From sequence record SRR20825006_430: a stretch of 34,113 nucleotides of DNA, one strand, 5' to 3'. Below are positions 7,697-17,300 of the stretch, piece after piece. Made by a program: the position numbers and the translations under genes. Within the stretch, counting starts at the first letter, position 1. Each line of letters starts with the position of its first letter. The notes beneath the pieces were generated by a model, which saw nothing but the letters and a program-made list of their open reading frames with translations, had not been told where the DNA came from and ran no database searches.

Positions 7697-7794
7697 AAAA
7701 ACAAAAAGGGCGCGACCAAATTGGGGAAAGTCGCGCCCTTTGGGGAAGGGCTGACCGCAAATTGGGGAAAGCGATCAGCCGATTTAATGGTGCC
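7697..7794 (-). ncRNA. Candidate flgH 3'UTR structured RNA/sRNA: two hairpins with identical UUUCCCCAAUUU loops, ending in an intrinsic terminator
   Basis: Minus strand reads GGCUGAUCGC[UUUCCCCAAUUU]GCGGUCAGCC-CUUCCCCAAA-GGGCGCGAC[UUUCCCCAAUUU]GGUCGCGCCC-UUUUUGUUUUU. The G.U wobbles and the U-tract work only on the minus strand. Confidence 0.55.
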
Positions 7795-8529
7795 TTAGAA
7801 GGGGAGAATGGCGTCCATAAATTGCTGGCCATAGCGTGGCTGCTGCACATCGGTGATTTGACCGCGGCCGCCATATGAGATGCGGGCCTGTGCAATTTTT
7901 TCGGAAGGAATGGTGTTGTTGGCTCCGATGTCTTCTGGGCGAACCACGCCAGCGATGATCAAGTCGCGTACTTCGAAATTCACCCGAACTTCCTGACGAC
8001 CTTCGATGACCAAGTTGCCGTTTGGCAAAACCTGCACCACCACTGCGGCCACTGATGTGTCCAAAGTTTCTGAGCGGTTTACGGAGCCGTCGCCTGTGTC
8101 AGCAGAGCCAGAGCTCAACTCGATTGCGCCATTGGCAGAAACGTCTGGCACCACTGAGTTGAAGATGGAGCCAACCACGCCGCCTGCGCCTGCATCATTT
8201 GTGCTGGTGCGTGAGCGAGATGTTTTGTTGGCGATTTGGGCTTTGTCTGCAATGGTAACGTCCACGGTGAGGATGTCGCCCACTTTGCTGGCACGTTGAT
8301 CTTTGAAAAAGCCGCGCTTGCCAGAGATGAACAATGAGTTTGGCTGGTAGGCCACTTTCTCAGGTTCTGGCATAGGCATAGACACTGGCTTGTAGCCTGC
8401 TTTCGCCTGCGGGTTTTCAATGGCGGTCAATGATGGTGCCTTGCCGATATTTGCAATTCGATTGGCCGTTGTACAGGCGGTGAGTGATGCGCCTAGTGCG
8501 ATCAAAGTGATGATTTGAAGCAGTTTCAT
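7795..8529 (-). CDS. flgH: Flagellar L-ring lipoprotein FlgH
   Basis: Lipobox LTAC, FFKDQRASKVGDILTV, VLPNGNLVIEGRQEVRVN and ARISYGGRGQITDVQQPRYGQQ. Confidence 0.98.
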   Translation of the reverse strand: MKLLQIITLIALGASLTACTTANRIANIGKAPSLTAIENPQAKAGYKPVSMPMPEPEKVAYQPNSLFISGKRGFFKDQRASKVGDILTVDVTIADKAQIANKTSRSRTSTNDAGAGGVVGSIFNSVVPDVSANGAIELSSGSADTGDGSVNRSETLDTSVAAVVVQVLPNGNLVIEGRQEVRVNFEVRDLIIAGVVRPEDIGANNTIPSEKIAQARISYGGRGQITDVQQPRYGQQFMDAILPF

Positions 8530-8540
8530 TTTGGTTGCTC

Positions 8541-9497
8541 CTAGTTAACTGTCGCGACTTTGGCGGGACCATTTGAAATGGTCACAGCGCCGGCGCCAGT
8601 GACGATGCCCTGAATTGGTTTGTTGGACATCAGATTGAGAACGGTGACAGGCTCGTTAAGGGCTGCTGATTGCATGGCCTTTGCCTTCACAGTGAGGGTG
8701 AGTGCGCCTTTTTGGAAATAAAGGGTCACAAGTTCGTTGCGACTAATCAGATCTGGCTCGGTCACATCAGCGACACGAAGTGGGCTGCCGCCACGCAGGG
8801 CGCGGGTTAGGCTTTTGCCCACCAGTTCTTCAATGTGCAGAACGCCTTGTGAGCGCACCAATTGTTCAGAAGCTGGGCGCATTTCAATATCGCTCAACTG
8901 CAGGATTTCGCCTTTGCCCTTGGTTTGGGTCAAGAATGGTGCTTCGACCATAATGTCGATCCGGCCATTCAATTGCAGCGGCTGGCTGTGACCAGCCAAG
9001 GCCAAGCGGGCGGCGAATGTGCGGGTGTTTGGACCAACTTCAAAGTCCAGCACCATCACAGGATTGTCTGATGCACTGTCTGCAAAGATGGTGTTGAGCG
9101 CAGCATTCAACCGCAATTGAGCTGTTTCACCCTCCAGCAGCAATTCACGCGCCATCAATTCTTCATTGACGAGCTGGTTGATGTAGCCCGCGTCAACTTT
9201 AACGCCTGCGCGTTCAACCCGAACTTGGGAAAGACCTGCAGTGTCGTAATTGGCAAAGCCTGCCCGCTGCGCGGCCAAGTGAATGGAGGTGAGGGGCACA
9301 GCGCCAACCGTGCCAGGCGCTGGGCTACGGAACAAAGGCGTTTCAGCATGCACGCCAGCATTGTTGAACATGTCGCCCACGGTGACCACTTTTGTATCCA
9401 CCAACACCGAAGGCTTAAGCACTGGCATGGCCAAAGCGCTTTGCGCCATAAGTGCGGCGGTGAGGGCCAGAACAGATTTGCTAAGAGATTTGAACAT
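8541..9497 (-). CDS. flgA: P-ring formation chaperone FlgA
   Basis: Signal peptide, SAF-like region and C-terminal LTLTVKAKAMQSAALNEPVTVLNLMSNK, located between flgG and flgH. Confidence 0.9.
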   Translation of the reverse strand: MFKSLSKSVLALTAALMAQSALAMPVLKPSVLVDTKVVTVGDMFNNAGVHAETPLFRSPAPGTVGAVPLTSIHLAAQRAGFANYDTAGLSQVRVERAGVKVDAGYINQLVNEELMARELLLEGETAQLRLNAALNTIFADSASDNPVMVLDFEVGPNTRTFAARLALAGHSQPLQLNGRIDIMVEAPFLTQTKGKGEILQLSDIEMRPASEQLVRSQGVLHIEELVGKSLTRALRGGSPLRVADVTEPDLISRNELVTLYFQKGALTLTVKAKAMQSAALNEPVTVLNLMSNKPIQGIVTGAGAVTISNGPAKVATVN

Positions 9498-9512
9498 GAT
9501 CTCAACCTACCC

Positions 9513-10298
9513 CTAGCGGATCTGCGATGTGGCTTGCAGCATTTGGTCGGCACCCGAAATTACACGCGCATTCATTTCATATGCGCGCTGGGCGGCGATC
9601 AAATCAGCAATTTCAGTCACAGCGTTTACGTTGGCCAGTTCCAAGTGCTTTTGCAGCATGTTGCCAAAGCCATCTTGGTTGGCGACGCCGTTTTGCGCAG
9701 GGCCAGAGGCGGCGGTTTCAACATAGGTGTTGTCCCCGATGCTTTCCAAACCCGCTTTGTTGGCAAAGCGGCTCAATTGGATTTGACCCAAGGTAGTTGG
9801 AGCTGACTCATTGTCCAAAAAGGCTTGGACCGTGCCGTCAGCTGAGATTGAAACGGCGCGGGAGTTGGCCGGAATGTTGATGCCTGGCTGAACCAAATAA
9901 CCTTCGATGGTGACCATCTGGCCGTTTGAGTCCCGTTCGAAGGAACCATCACGCGTGTAACCTGTACGGCCATCTGGTAGGGTTACCGAGAAGAAGCCTT
10001 CACCACGAATGGCGATGTCCAACTCTTTTTCAGTTGGCTGAATGTTACCTTGGCTCATGATCCGCGGTGTGGCGCCGGTTTTAACACCAGAACCGATTTC
10101 AACGCCTGTTGGCAATTGAGTGCCAGCGGCAGAGGTTTGCGAACCTGCGCGGCGATAAACCTGATATAGCAAATCCTGGAAGTCAGCCCGCTGGCGCTTA
10201 TAGCCAGTGGTGCGCATGTTGGCGATGTTGTTGGAGATCACTTCAACGTTCCGCTCTTGCGCTGACATGCCTGTGGAAGCGATATAGAGTGCCTTCAT
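9513..10298 (-). CDS. flgG: Distal rod protein FlgG
   Basis: MKALYIASTGMSAQERNVEVISNNIANMRTTGYKRQRADFQDLLYQ, YTRDGSF and LIAAQRAYEMN. Confidence 0.98.
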   Translation of the reverse strand: MKALYIASTGMSAQERNVEVISNNIANMRTTGYKRQRADFQDLLYQVYRRAGSQTSAAGTQLPTGVEIGSGVKTGATPRIMSQGNIQPTEKELDIAIRGEGFFSVTLPDGRTGYTRDGSFERDSNGQMVTIEGYLVQPGINIPANSRAVSISADGTVQAFLDNESAPTTLGQIQLSRFANKAGLESIGDNTYVETAASGPAQNGVANQDGFGNMLQKHLELANVNAVTEIADLIAAQRAYEMNARVISGADQMLQATSQIR

Positions 10299-10321
10299 TA
10301 TTCTGTTCCTTTCGCTTTCAC

Positions 10322-11059
10322 TTAAGCTCTTGTGTCGCCAAGTTTTTGAATGGCGGAGCGCCGCAATTCATCTTGACGCTGTTGGAGACTGGCAATGGAT
10401 TCATATGCCTTGGTTACGCGGATCATTTCAGTCATTTCAGAAACGCCAGAAACGTTAGACCGCTCAATGGCCATATGGACCAACCGGGATGGGTTGTCGA
10501 AAATTGGATTTTCGCCAGAAAACATGGTGTCGCCTTCGCGGCGCAGGCTTTGTGGATCATCAAATTCTGCGACCCGCAAAATGCCTTTGTCGCCAGCGGA
10601 AGAGGTTACCCGGCCATCTTCGGTGATGGCGATGCCTGTTTCTTCCGGGCCGAAGGTTACGAAGCCACCATCGGCCAGCACATTGTAGCCTTCTGAGGTG
10701 ACCAGCTGACCAAGCTCATTAAGCTGGAATGAACCATTGCGGGTGTAGCGCTCGCCGCCAGGCGTATCGATAACAAAGAACCCGTCGCCTTGAATGGCCA
10801 CGTCCAATGGGTTGCCTGTTTGCGTGATGCTGCCGGAGGCAAAATCGTGAATGGTGGCCCAATCCTGCGTGTAAGAAAGCGGCTGGTCCATCATCTCAAA
10901 ATCTTTATGACGGGCGACCGGCATGACATATTCTTCGAAAAGAATGTCCATATTTTTGTAACCGGCTGTATTCATATTGGCCATATTGTTGGCCACAACG
11001 TCCATTTGACGTTGCAGGGCAATTTGCCTTGATAAGCCGATGAGCTGTGCGTTTTCCAT
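10322..11059 (-). CDS. flgF: Proximal rod protein FlgF
   Basis: MENAQLIGLSRQIALQRQMDVVANNMANMNTAGYK, TGNPLDVAIQGDGFF and ERSNVSGVSEM. Confidence 0.97.
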   Translation of the reverse strand: MENAQLIGLSRQIALQRQMDVVANNMANMNTAGYKNMDILFEEYVMPVARHKDFEMMDQPLSYTQDWATIHDFASGSITQTGNPLDVAIQGDGFFVIDTPGGERYTRNGSFQLNELGQLVTSEGYNVLADGGFVTFGPEETGIAITEDGRVTSSAGDKGILRVAEFDDPQSLRREGDTMFSGENPIFDNPSRLVHMAIERSNVSGVSEMTEMIRVTKAYESIASLQQRQDELRRSAIQKLGDTRA

Positions 11060-11128
11060 GGCACCTGTCTCCCCAATTTAACATTTGGCCGTTTAACTTC
11101 CCCAAGCTAGCGGGCCTGCCAAATACAA

Positions 11129-11163
11129 TGCGAAGATCGTGCCAGTTTTCTAACTTATTGATT
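11129..11163 (-). promoter_or_regulatory. sigma54 promoter of flgFGAH with an IHF site
   Basis: TGGCAC-GATCT-TCGCA (11129-11144). AATCAA-TAAG-TTA (11151-11163) is a perfect WATCAANNNNTTR. Confidence 0.85.
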
Positions 11164-11218
11164 TATATGGATTTTGATTAAAATTTTCATCAAATGGGCA
11201 AGTGAGTGTTTGCTGGGT

Positions 11219-11245
11219 GGCAAAAATTACCGGGCAAAAATTGCC
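11219..11245. promoter_or_regulatory. Tandem ftr-like (FlbD) enhancer sites
   Basis: GGCA-AAAAT-TACC (11219-11231) and GGCA-AAAAT-TGCC (11233-11245), 75-100 bp upstream of the flgF sigma54 promoter. Confidence 0.75.
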
Positions 11246-11259
11246 GCAAAATGCAAAAA

Positions 11260-11275
11260 GTAACTCTTCGTTAAC
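11260..11275 (+). promoter_or_regulatory. CtrA box of the fliL operon
   Basis: GTAA-CTCTTCG-TTAAC, with a GANTC at 11326-11330 downstream. Confidence 0.75.
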
Positions 11276-11350
11276 CTTCTCGCCCTTACCTCTGTATATA
11301 TAGGCAATGTGGGCGCATCGCCTATGATTCTTGGATAATTGAGGTTTGGC

Positions 11351-11842
11351 ATGGCCAACGAAGACGCAAATGTCGACCCCGAAGCCGGGGAAGAAGGCGA
11401 AGGCAAAAAGAAACTGCCCTTAATGGTAATTATTGGCGCTGCTGTTGTTTTGTTGGCGGCGGCAGGTGGTGCAGCCTATTTCTTTTTATTTGCAGGTGGC
11501 GATAGCGAGAAGCCCGAACTTCAAGATGTACGTGAAGCGGTGTTTTACGATTTGCCCACAATCACTGTGAATTTGAGTGATGATGCTGACAATGATGAAG
11601 TGTTTTTGAAGCTCGCCATTGCGCTTGAGCTTTCTGATGAGGCGCTGATTGAAATTGTGGAACCGCGTATGCCGCGGGTGTTGGACACATTTCAGGTTTA
11701 TTTGCGCGAATTGCGCCGCTCAGACCTTGAAGGGTCTGAAGGGATTTATCGATTGAAGGAAGAGTTGCGCCGTCGGGTGAATTTGGCGGTGTTCCCCGCG
11801 CAAGTGGACAGCATTTTGTTTAAAGAAATTCTGGTTCAATAA
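11351..11842 (+). CDS. fliL: Flagellar basal body-associated protein FliL
   Basis: KKK followed by a single TM segment, then FYDLPTITVNL, FLKLAIALEL, PRVLDTFQVYLREL and ILFKEILVQ. Confidence 0.95.
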   Translation: MANEDANVDPEAGEEGEGKKKLPLMVIIGAAVVLLAAAGGAAYFFLFAGGDSEKPELQDVREAVFYDLPTITVNLSDDADNDEVFLKLAIALELSDEALIEIVEPRMPRVLDTFQVYLRELRRSDLEGSEGIYRLKEELRRRVNLAVFPAQVDSILFKEILVQ

Positions 11843-11851
11843 GGTTACGTC

Positions 11852-12982
11852 ATGGCTGATGAAAACGACGATCTGATGAGCGCCCTGGACGAAGAACAGT
11901 CCAAAAATGATGACGATATGGCATCAGAATGGGCTGCGATGATCGAAGGGGGCGGCGACGGTGATGGGGATTCCCACGCTGACCGTATCCTCAATCAGGA
12001 CGAAATCGACAATCTTTTAGGCTTTGATCAGGCGGATCTGAGCGAAGGCGATATGTCTGGGGTGCAAGCGTTGATCAATTCGGCGCTCGTATCTTATGAA
12101 CGTTTGCCTATGTTGGAGATTGTGTTCGACCGCTTAGTGCGGTTGACCACAACTTCACTGCGCAACTTTACGTCTGATAACGTAGAAGTCTCGCTGGATA
12201 GCATCACTTCCGTGCGCTTTGGCGACTATTTGAACTCTGTGCCTTTGCCAGCAATTTTGACTGTGCTGAAGGCGGAAGAGTGGGACAATTTTGGTTTGAT
12301 GACGGTTGAAAGTAACCTCATTTATTCCATGATTGATGTGCTGTTGGGCGGCCGCCGTGGCAATAACACTATTCGGGTTGAAGGGCGTCCTTATACCACC
12401 ATCGAGATGGGACTGACCCAGCGCATGATCGAGTTGATCCTCGATGATATGATGAAGGCCTTTGAGCCGCTGACGCCAGTGACCTTTAAAGTTGAGCGCA
12501 TGGAGACCAATCCGCGCTTTGCTGCGATTGCCCGGCCTGCCAATGCCGCCATTTTGATTGAGTTGCGCATCGATATGGATGATCGCGGCGGCAAAGTTGA
12601 AATTTTGCTGCCTTATGCAACCATCGAGCCGATCCGTGAGCAATTGCTGCAAATGTTCATGGGTGAAAAATTTGGCCGTGACCCGATTTGGGAAGGCCAT
12701 TTGGCATCTGAGATTTTTGCGGCGGAAACTGAGTTGGAAGCGGTGTTGCATGAGTGGGAAATTCCATTGTCCCACGCCATGAACATTTCAGCGGGTGACA
12801 CGCTGATGTTTGAACGCACACCAAATGATCCGGTTTCGCTGCGTTGTGGCAATGTGACCTTAACCGAAGCGCAAATGGGCCATATTGGCAAAAATGTATC
12901 GGTACGCGTAACCCGTCCGCTGAACCCGCCAAAAGTGACAATGTCGGTGTTTGAAGCAATGGACGAGCAGGGGAGAGACTAA
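11852..12982 (+). CDS. fliM: Motor switch protein FliM
   Basis: CheY-binding ILNQDEIDNLL, SYERLPMLEIVFDRLVR and a C-terminal SpoA domain. Confidence 0.97.
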   Translation: MADENDDLMSALDEEQSKNDDDMASEWAAMIEGGGDGDGDSHADRILNQDEIDNLLGFDQADLSEGDMSGVQALINSALVSYERLPMLEIVFDRLVRLTTTSLRNFTSDNVEVSLDSITSVRFGDYLNSVPLPAILTVLKAEEWDNFGLMTVESNLIYSMIDVLLGGRRGNNTIRVEGRPYTTIEMGLTQRMIELILDDMMKAFEPLTPVTFKVERMETNPRFAAIARPANAAILIELRIDMDDRGGKVEILLPYATIEPIREQLLQMFMGEKFGRDPIWEGHLASEIFAAETELEAVLHEWEIPLSHAMNISAGDTLMFERTPNDPVSLRCGNVTLTEAQMGHIGKNVSVRVTRPLNPPKVTMSVFEAMDEQGRD

Positions 12983-12983
12983 A

Positions 12984-13454
12984 ATGGCTTTTGGTTTGAT
13001 TGTTGAAGGGGCGGTTGCCATTTTGTTGGTGCTGACCATTGGCTATTGCTATGTGCTGAATGTGCGCTTGAAGCGGCTACATGCTGACCGCGATGCCCTG
13101 CGGGCCATGATCACCGATTTGGTGCGTGCCACTGATATGGCCAATGGGGCCATTCAGGGCTTGAAGCGCACTGCTGCAGAAACTGACGCCCAATTGCGCA
13201 GCCGTATGCAAGAAGCGGAAGGCTTTTCCACTCAGATGGGTCAGCAAGTGCAAGACGGACAAGATTTGCTGTTCAAAATCAGCCAGATTGCGAAAACTGC
13301 ACGTGATGCGGAAGCGCAGCGCGGTGGCGTGCCATTGCCACCACAATCAGCACCTGCGCCACATGTTCCGGTTGGCGAACGCCCTATGCCAAAGGCGCGT
13401 AACGCTTTGTCACAATTGGATAAATATACCCGCTCTAAAGGGGAGGCGGCATGA
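12984..13454 (+). CDS. DUF6468-like bitopic membrane/coiled-coil protein (positional equivalent of Caulobacter PflI)
   Basis: N-terminal TM (VAILLVLTIGYCYVLN.RLKRL), coiled coil and Pro-rich tail, located between fliM and motE. Confidence 0.75.
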   Translation: MAFGLIVEGAVAILLVLTIGYCYVLNVRLKRLHADRDALRAMITDLVRATDMANGAIQGLKRTAAETDAQLRSRMQEAEGFSTQMGQQVQDGQDLLFKISQIAKTARDAEAQRGGVPLPPQSAPAPHVPVGERPMPKARNALSQLDKYTRSKGEAA

Positions 13455-14224
13455 ATTCAATCCGCTTGCTGCCAGTGGTTATGGTTGCCGCTGGTGCGTT
13501 GTTTCTGTTCAAGTTTCTCGGCATTGTTTCTGGCGAAGGCTACAGCCTGAGCGGGGCACAAATGGTGAGCGCGCAAGAAGCGCCTGAACAGCCACAAGAT
13601 GCGCAAGTGCAAGAGGATATGACCCAAGATTCGACGGGGAACAGCTTGGCAGATGATGCCCAGATGAGCCCGGAAGAATTGGCCGCACAGGAAGAGAAGC
13701 CGCAAGACGCAGCGCCGATCATGATCAAGAAAGATGGTGACATTGTTTCTTGGGAAGATGCAGACGGGCTTGCGGATACGGAACGCGCCATTTTGGCTAG
13801 GCTGAGTGAGCGGCGCAAAGAGCTTGATGCGCTGGAAGCGCAATTGAAAGTGCAAGAAGATATTGTGCGAGCAGCGGAAAAGCGGCTGGAAACACGGGCA
13901 GCCGAACTGAAAGAGATCGAAGCCCGCATTCAACAGCTTGTTGATCGCAAAGAAGGGCTGGAGGATGAGCAATTTGGCTCGCTCGTCTCCATGTATGAAA
14001 ATATGAAGCCCAATGATGCGGCGCGGATTTTCGACCGGCTGGATATGCTTGTGCTGGTGCGCATGGTAGAGCGCATGAACCCACGCAAAATGGCGTCAAT
14101 TTTGGCGGCAATGGATGCGGAAAAGGCAGAGGCCCTGACGATCAATCTCGCCAACCCGAATTTGCAGCAGATGGAAACTGTGCCTGCACAGGACGATGCT
14201 CTGCCTCAAATTGTGGGCCAATAG
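13451..14224 (+). CDS. motE: MotE-family periplasmic motility protein
   Basis: IRLLPVV N-terminal anchor, coiled coil ERAILARLSERRKELD, and MYENMKPNDAARIFDRL...MNPRKMASILAAM. Confidence 0.85.
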   Translation: MNSIRLLPVVMVAAGALFLFKFLGIVSGEGYSLSGAQMVSAQEAPEQPQDAQVQEDMTQDSTGNSLADDAQMSPEELAAQEEKPQDAAPIMIKKDGDIVSWEDADGLADTERAILARLSERRKELDALEAQLKVQEDIVRAAEKRLETRAAELKEIEARIQQLVDRKEGLEDEQFGSLVSMYENMKPNDAARIFDRLDMLVLVRMVERMNPRKMASILAAMDAEKAEALTINLANPNLQQMETVPAQDDALPQIVGQ

Positions 14225-14313
14225 CCCGCTTTCCGGCGTGTGGTAAGTAAAGTGTTAATCGCTAGACGCTAGATTGATCTGAACGATTGATCGTAAAGAG
14301 GCCCATCCCGCAA

Positions 14314-17300
14314 ATGGTGTTGTTTAAAGCCATGCAAAAAGCGTTGTGCCAAGCGTTGGTTGCGTCCACGCTTGCAGGCGGGATTGCTGCATCCATTTTA
14401 CCGCCAGCGGCGATGGCGCAAAATCAGCAAGAATCCCAGCGTTTAGAAGTGGTTGCGCAAGGCCAGCCAGGCTACGGCCGGATTATCTTGAAATTTGTCG
14501 ATCGGCTTAATTTACCCTCCTACTCCATTTCTACCAATGGCGGGGTGATGAGCATTGAGTTTTCTCAACCGATCAATGTGCAATTGCCGGACGTGACCGA
14601 GCAGTTGGGCGACTATGTTGCTGTGGCACGGGTGGACCCGGACTTTAAAGGCATTCGCTTCGGCTTAAAGCAGGATTACCGCATCAACCGTATCGAAGCG
14701 GGTGAGCGGCTGTTTATCGACTTTATTCCGCGTGATTGGCAGGGGTTGGACCCCTCATTACCTGAAGATGTGGTGGCGGAACTGGCCCTGCGGGCAGAGC
14801 AAGCGGCAAAGCTGGCAGAGCAGCGCCGCAAGGAGCGGATTGCGCGGGAAACCAAGCCAAGCGCCATTTTGCGTGTTGGTCGGCACCCGACATTTACACG
14901 CGTGAAATTTGAATGGACCATCGACACTGAGGGCAGTTGGGAACGCACTGCTGAAGGCGGGGTGTTGAAATTCGAATGGCCTGTGGATGTTGATCTTTAT
15001 CCCATTCAATCGGAATTGCCGGAAGAAATTGAAAGCGTTGAAAAAGAGATCACGCGCGACGGGCTACAGGTGAGCTTTAAGCTAACCGACAAGGTTGAGC
15101 CGCGCTTTTTCAAAGAAAATAACCGCAACTATACGTTGGATTTGGACTTTTCGACCCGTGAAGATGTGGGCGTGCCCATTACCGACATTGCGCCGGAACA
15201 AGTTGCAGAAGAGATTGCAGACAATGAGCGTGTGACGACGACGCAGGACGAGATTGACCCGCTATTGCGGAAAACGCCAACCTTGTCGCGCCAAACTCGC
15301 ATTACGCCATTTGTGAACAAAATTGGCGGCACTGTTCGGCTGATTTTCCCATTTGAGCAAGATACGCCTGCCGCTGTGTTTAAGCGCGGTGACACGGTTT
15401 GGATGGTGTTCGACACCCACGTGGCGATCGACCCACCTGCGGACACGGATTTGCTTGGTGGCATCACGCAAGACATCAAAGTCGATACGGCCGGGGAAAC
15501 CCAAATTGTTCAAATGACCATGAATGCGGATCGGTTGGCGACTTTGGGGTCAGAAGGGCGTTCATGGGTTTTGTCGCTGGGCGATATATTGATTGCGCCC
15601 ACCGAGCCAATGTCGCTTACCCAGCAACGCCAAAGTGATGGGCGCACCGTGTTGGTGGCTGACTTGCTGCGACCTGGGCGGGTGCACCAATTGCGCGATC
15701 CAAATGTTGGTGATTTGTTGCAAGTTGTGACGGCTTATCCACCTTCACGGGCGATTGTTCGCGACTTGGAATATGTAGATTTCAAAGCGCTGCGTGCGGT
15801 GCATGGTTTGGTGATCAAGCCTTATCACTCTGAAGTGATTTTGCAGATTGAAGGCTCGGAAGTGGTGATCGATGCGGAGGAAAAACTGATGTTGTCTTCC
15901 GCCACAGATGTGAACCGCGAAGTGCTTGTGGATGCTGGTGACCGCATTGGCTATATCGACCTGAGCGCGCTCGAGACTGTTCGTCCAGATAATTTCATTG
16001 AAAAGCGTGAAGAAATTCAGGTGCGGGCTGCGGAAGCAGAGGGCAATGCGAAAGAGAGTGCGCGGGTTGAGTTGGCCAGATATTATCTGGCCAATCGTTT
16101 GACCCATGAAGCCTTGGGCGTGCTGCGGGTTTGGGAAAAAGACACCAAACGTCCGCAGTTGTTGGAAGAAGGCAAGATGGTGCAGGCCGCCGCAAATGTG
16201 CTGGCAGGGCGCCATGATGATGCGCTGGAAATTTTGCTGGAAGACGAGTTTGTCGACGAGCCAGATGCGGTGATGTGGCGGACCATTGCACGGGCCAACC
16301 GCGGCGAATATGATATTGCCCGCAACGATGCGTTGCTGGCTGAGCAGGCGGTTGAAGCCTATCCGACTTGGATTGCCAATGAGTTTTACTTTGCGGCAGC
16401 ACGGTCTGCCGTTGAAATGGGTGATTCCGCAGCGGCAATCCGCTATTTGGGCGGTATTGATTTCAGTTCGCTCGATAAAGAAAATCTAAGCCGCTATGAC
16501 TTGCTGGCTGGGCGTGTGGACGAGGTGGACCAACGCTATGCTGACGCGCTGGAGACTTATGGTTCAGTGCTGAATATGGATATTCGGCCCACCTATGCCG
16601 AGGCGGTTTATCGCACATTGTTGGTGCTGGAAAAGCAAGGCAATATTGATTTGGACAAAGCGGTGCAGACGCTGTCCATTCAATCGCTGACATGGCGTGG
16701 TGGCGAGCTTGGCGCGAATATTCAAGAGCTTTATGGCCGCTTGCAATTCAAAAACCATGATTATCGTGGCGGGTTTGAAACGCTTGAGCGGATGCAGGTG
16801 GTGCATCAGGATACGCCACAAGAGACGCGGCATTTTGAGCTGTCTAAGCAGATTTTTGAAGATCTGTTTTTGAATGGCGAAGCTGATCGGCTTGAGCCTG
16901 TGCGGGCGCTTGGCCTTTATTATGACTTCCGTAAATTGACGCCTGCGGGCGCCAAAGGCGATGAAATGATCCGTAATTTGGCGCGGCGTTTGGTGCGGGT
17001 TGATCTTTTGGATCAGGCGGCGGAGTTGCTGGATTATCAGATTGATAATCGCTTGGAAGGCGTAGCGCGCGCGAAGATTGCGGCGGACCTTGCGGTGATC
17101 CATATTGCCAATCGGCGCGCGGACTTGGCGCTAAAAGCGCTTTATAAAACCCGTTTGGCCAATTTGGTGCCGCAGTTGGAGCGGCAGCGTCGGATTTTGG
17201 AAGCTAAGGCTTTGATCGATGCGGGCCGCGATGAGCTGGCGGTTGATATTTTGCGCAATATTGAAGGGTTTGACGCCCGGTTGCTAGAGGTTGATGCCCA

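Noticed and set aside
7705-7780. Reading the element on the plus strand as a CsrB-like GGA-loop sponge, or as a mini-CRISPR
   Set aside because: The U-tract and G.U pairs favour the minus strand. The repeats are only 9-12 nt with self-pairing spacers, and no cas genes are present.
14243-14259. Possible CtrA site before the TPR gene
   Set aside because: Only one good TTAA half-site is present and the spacing to the second is off.
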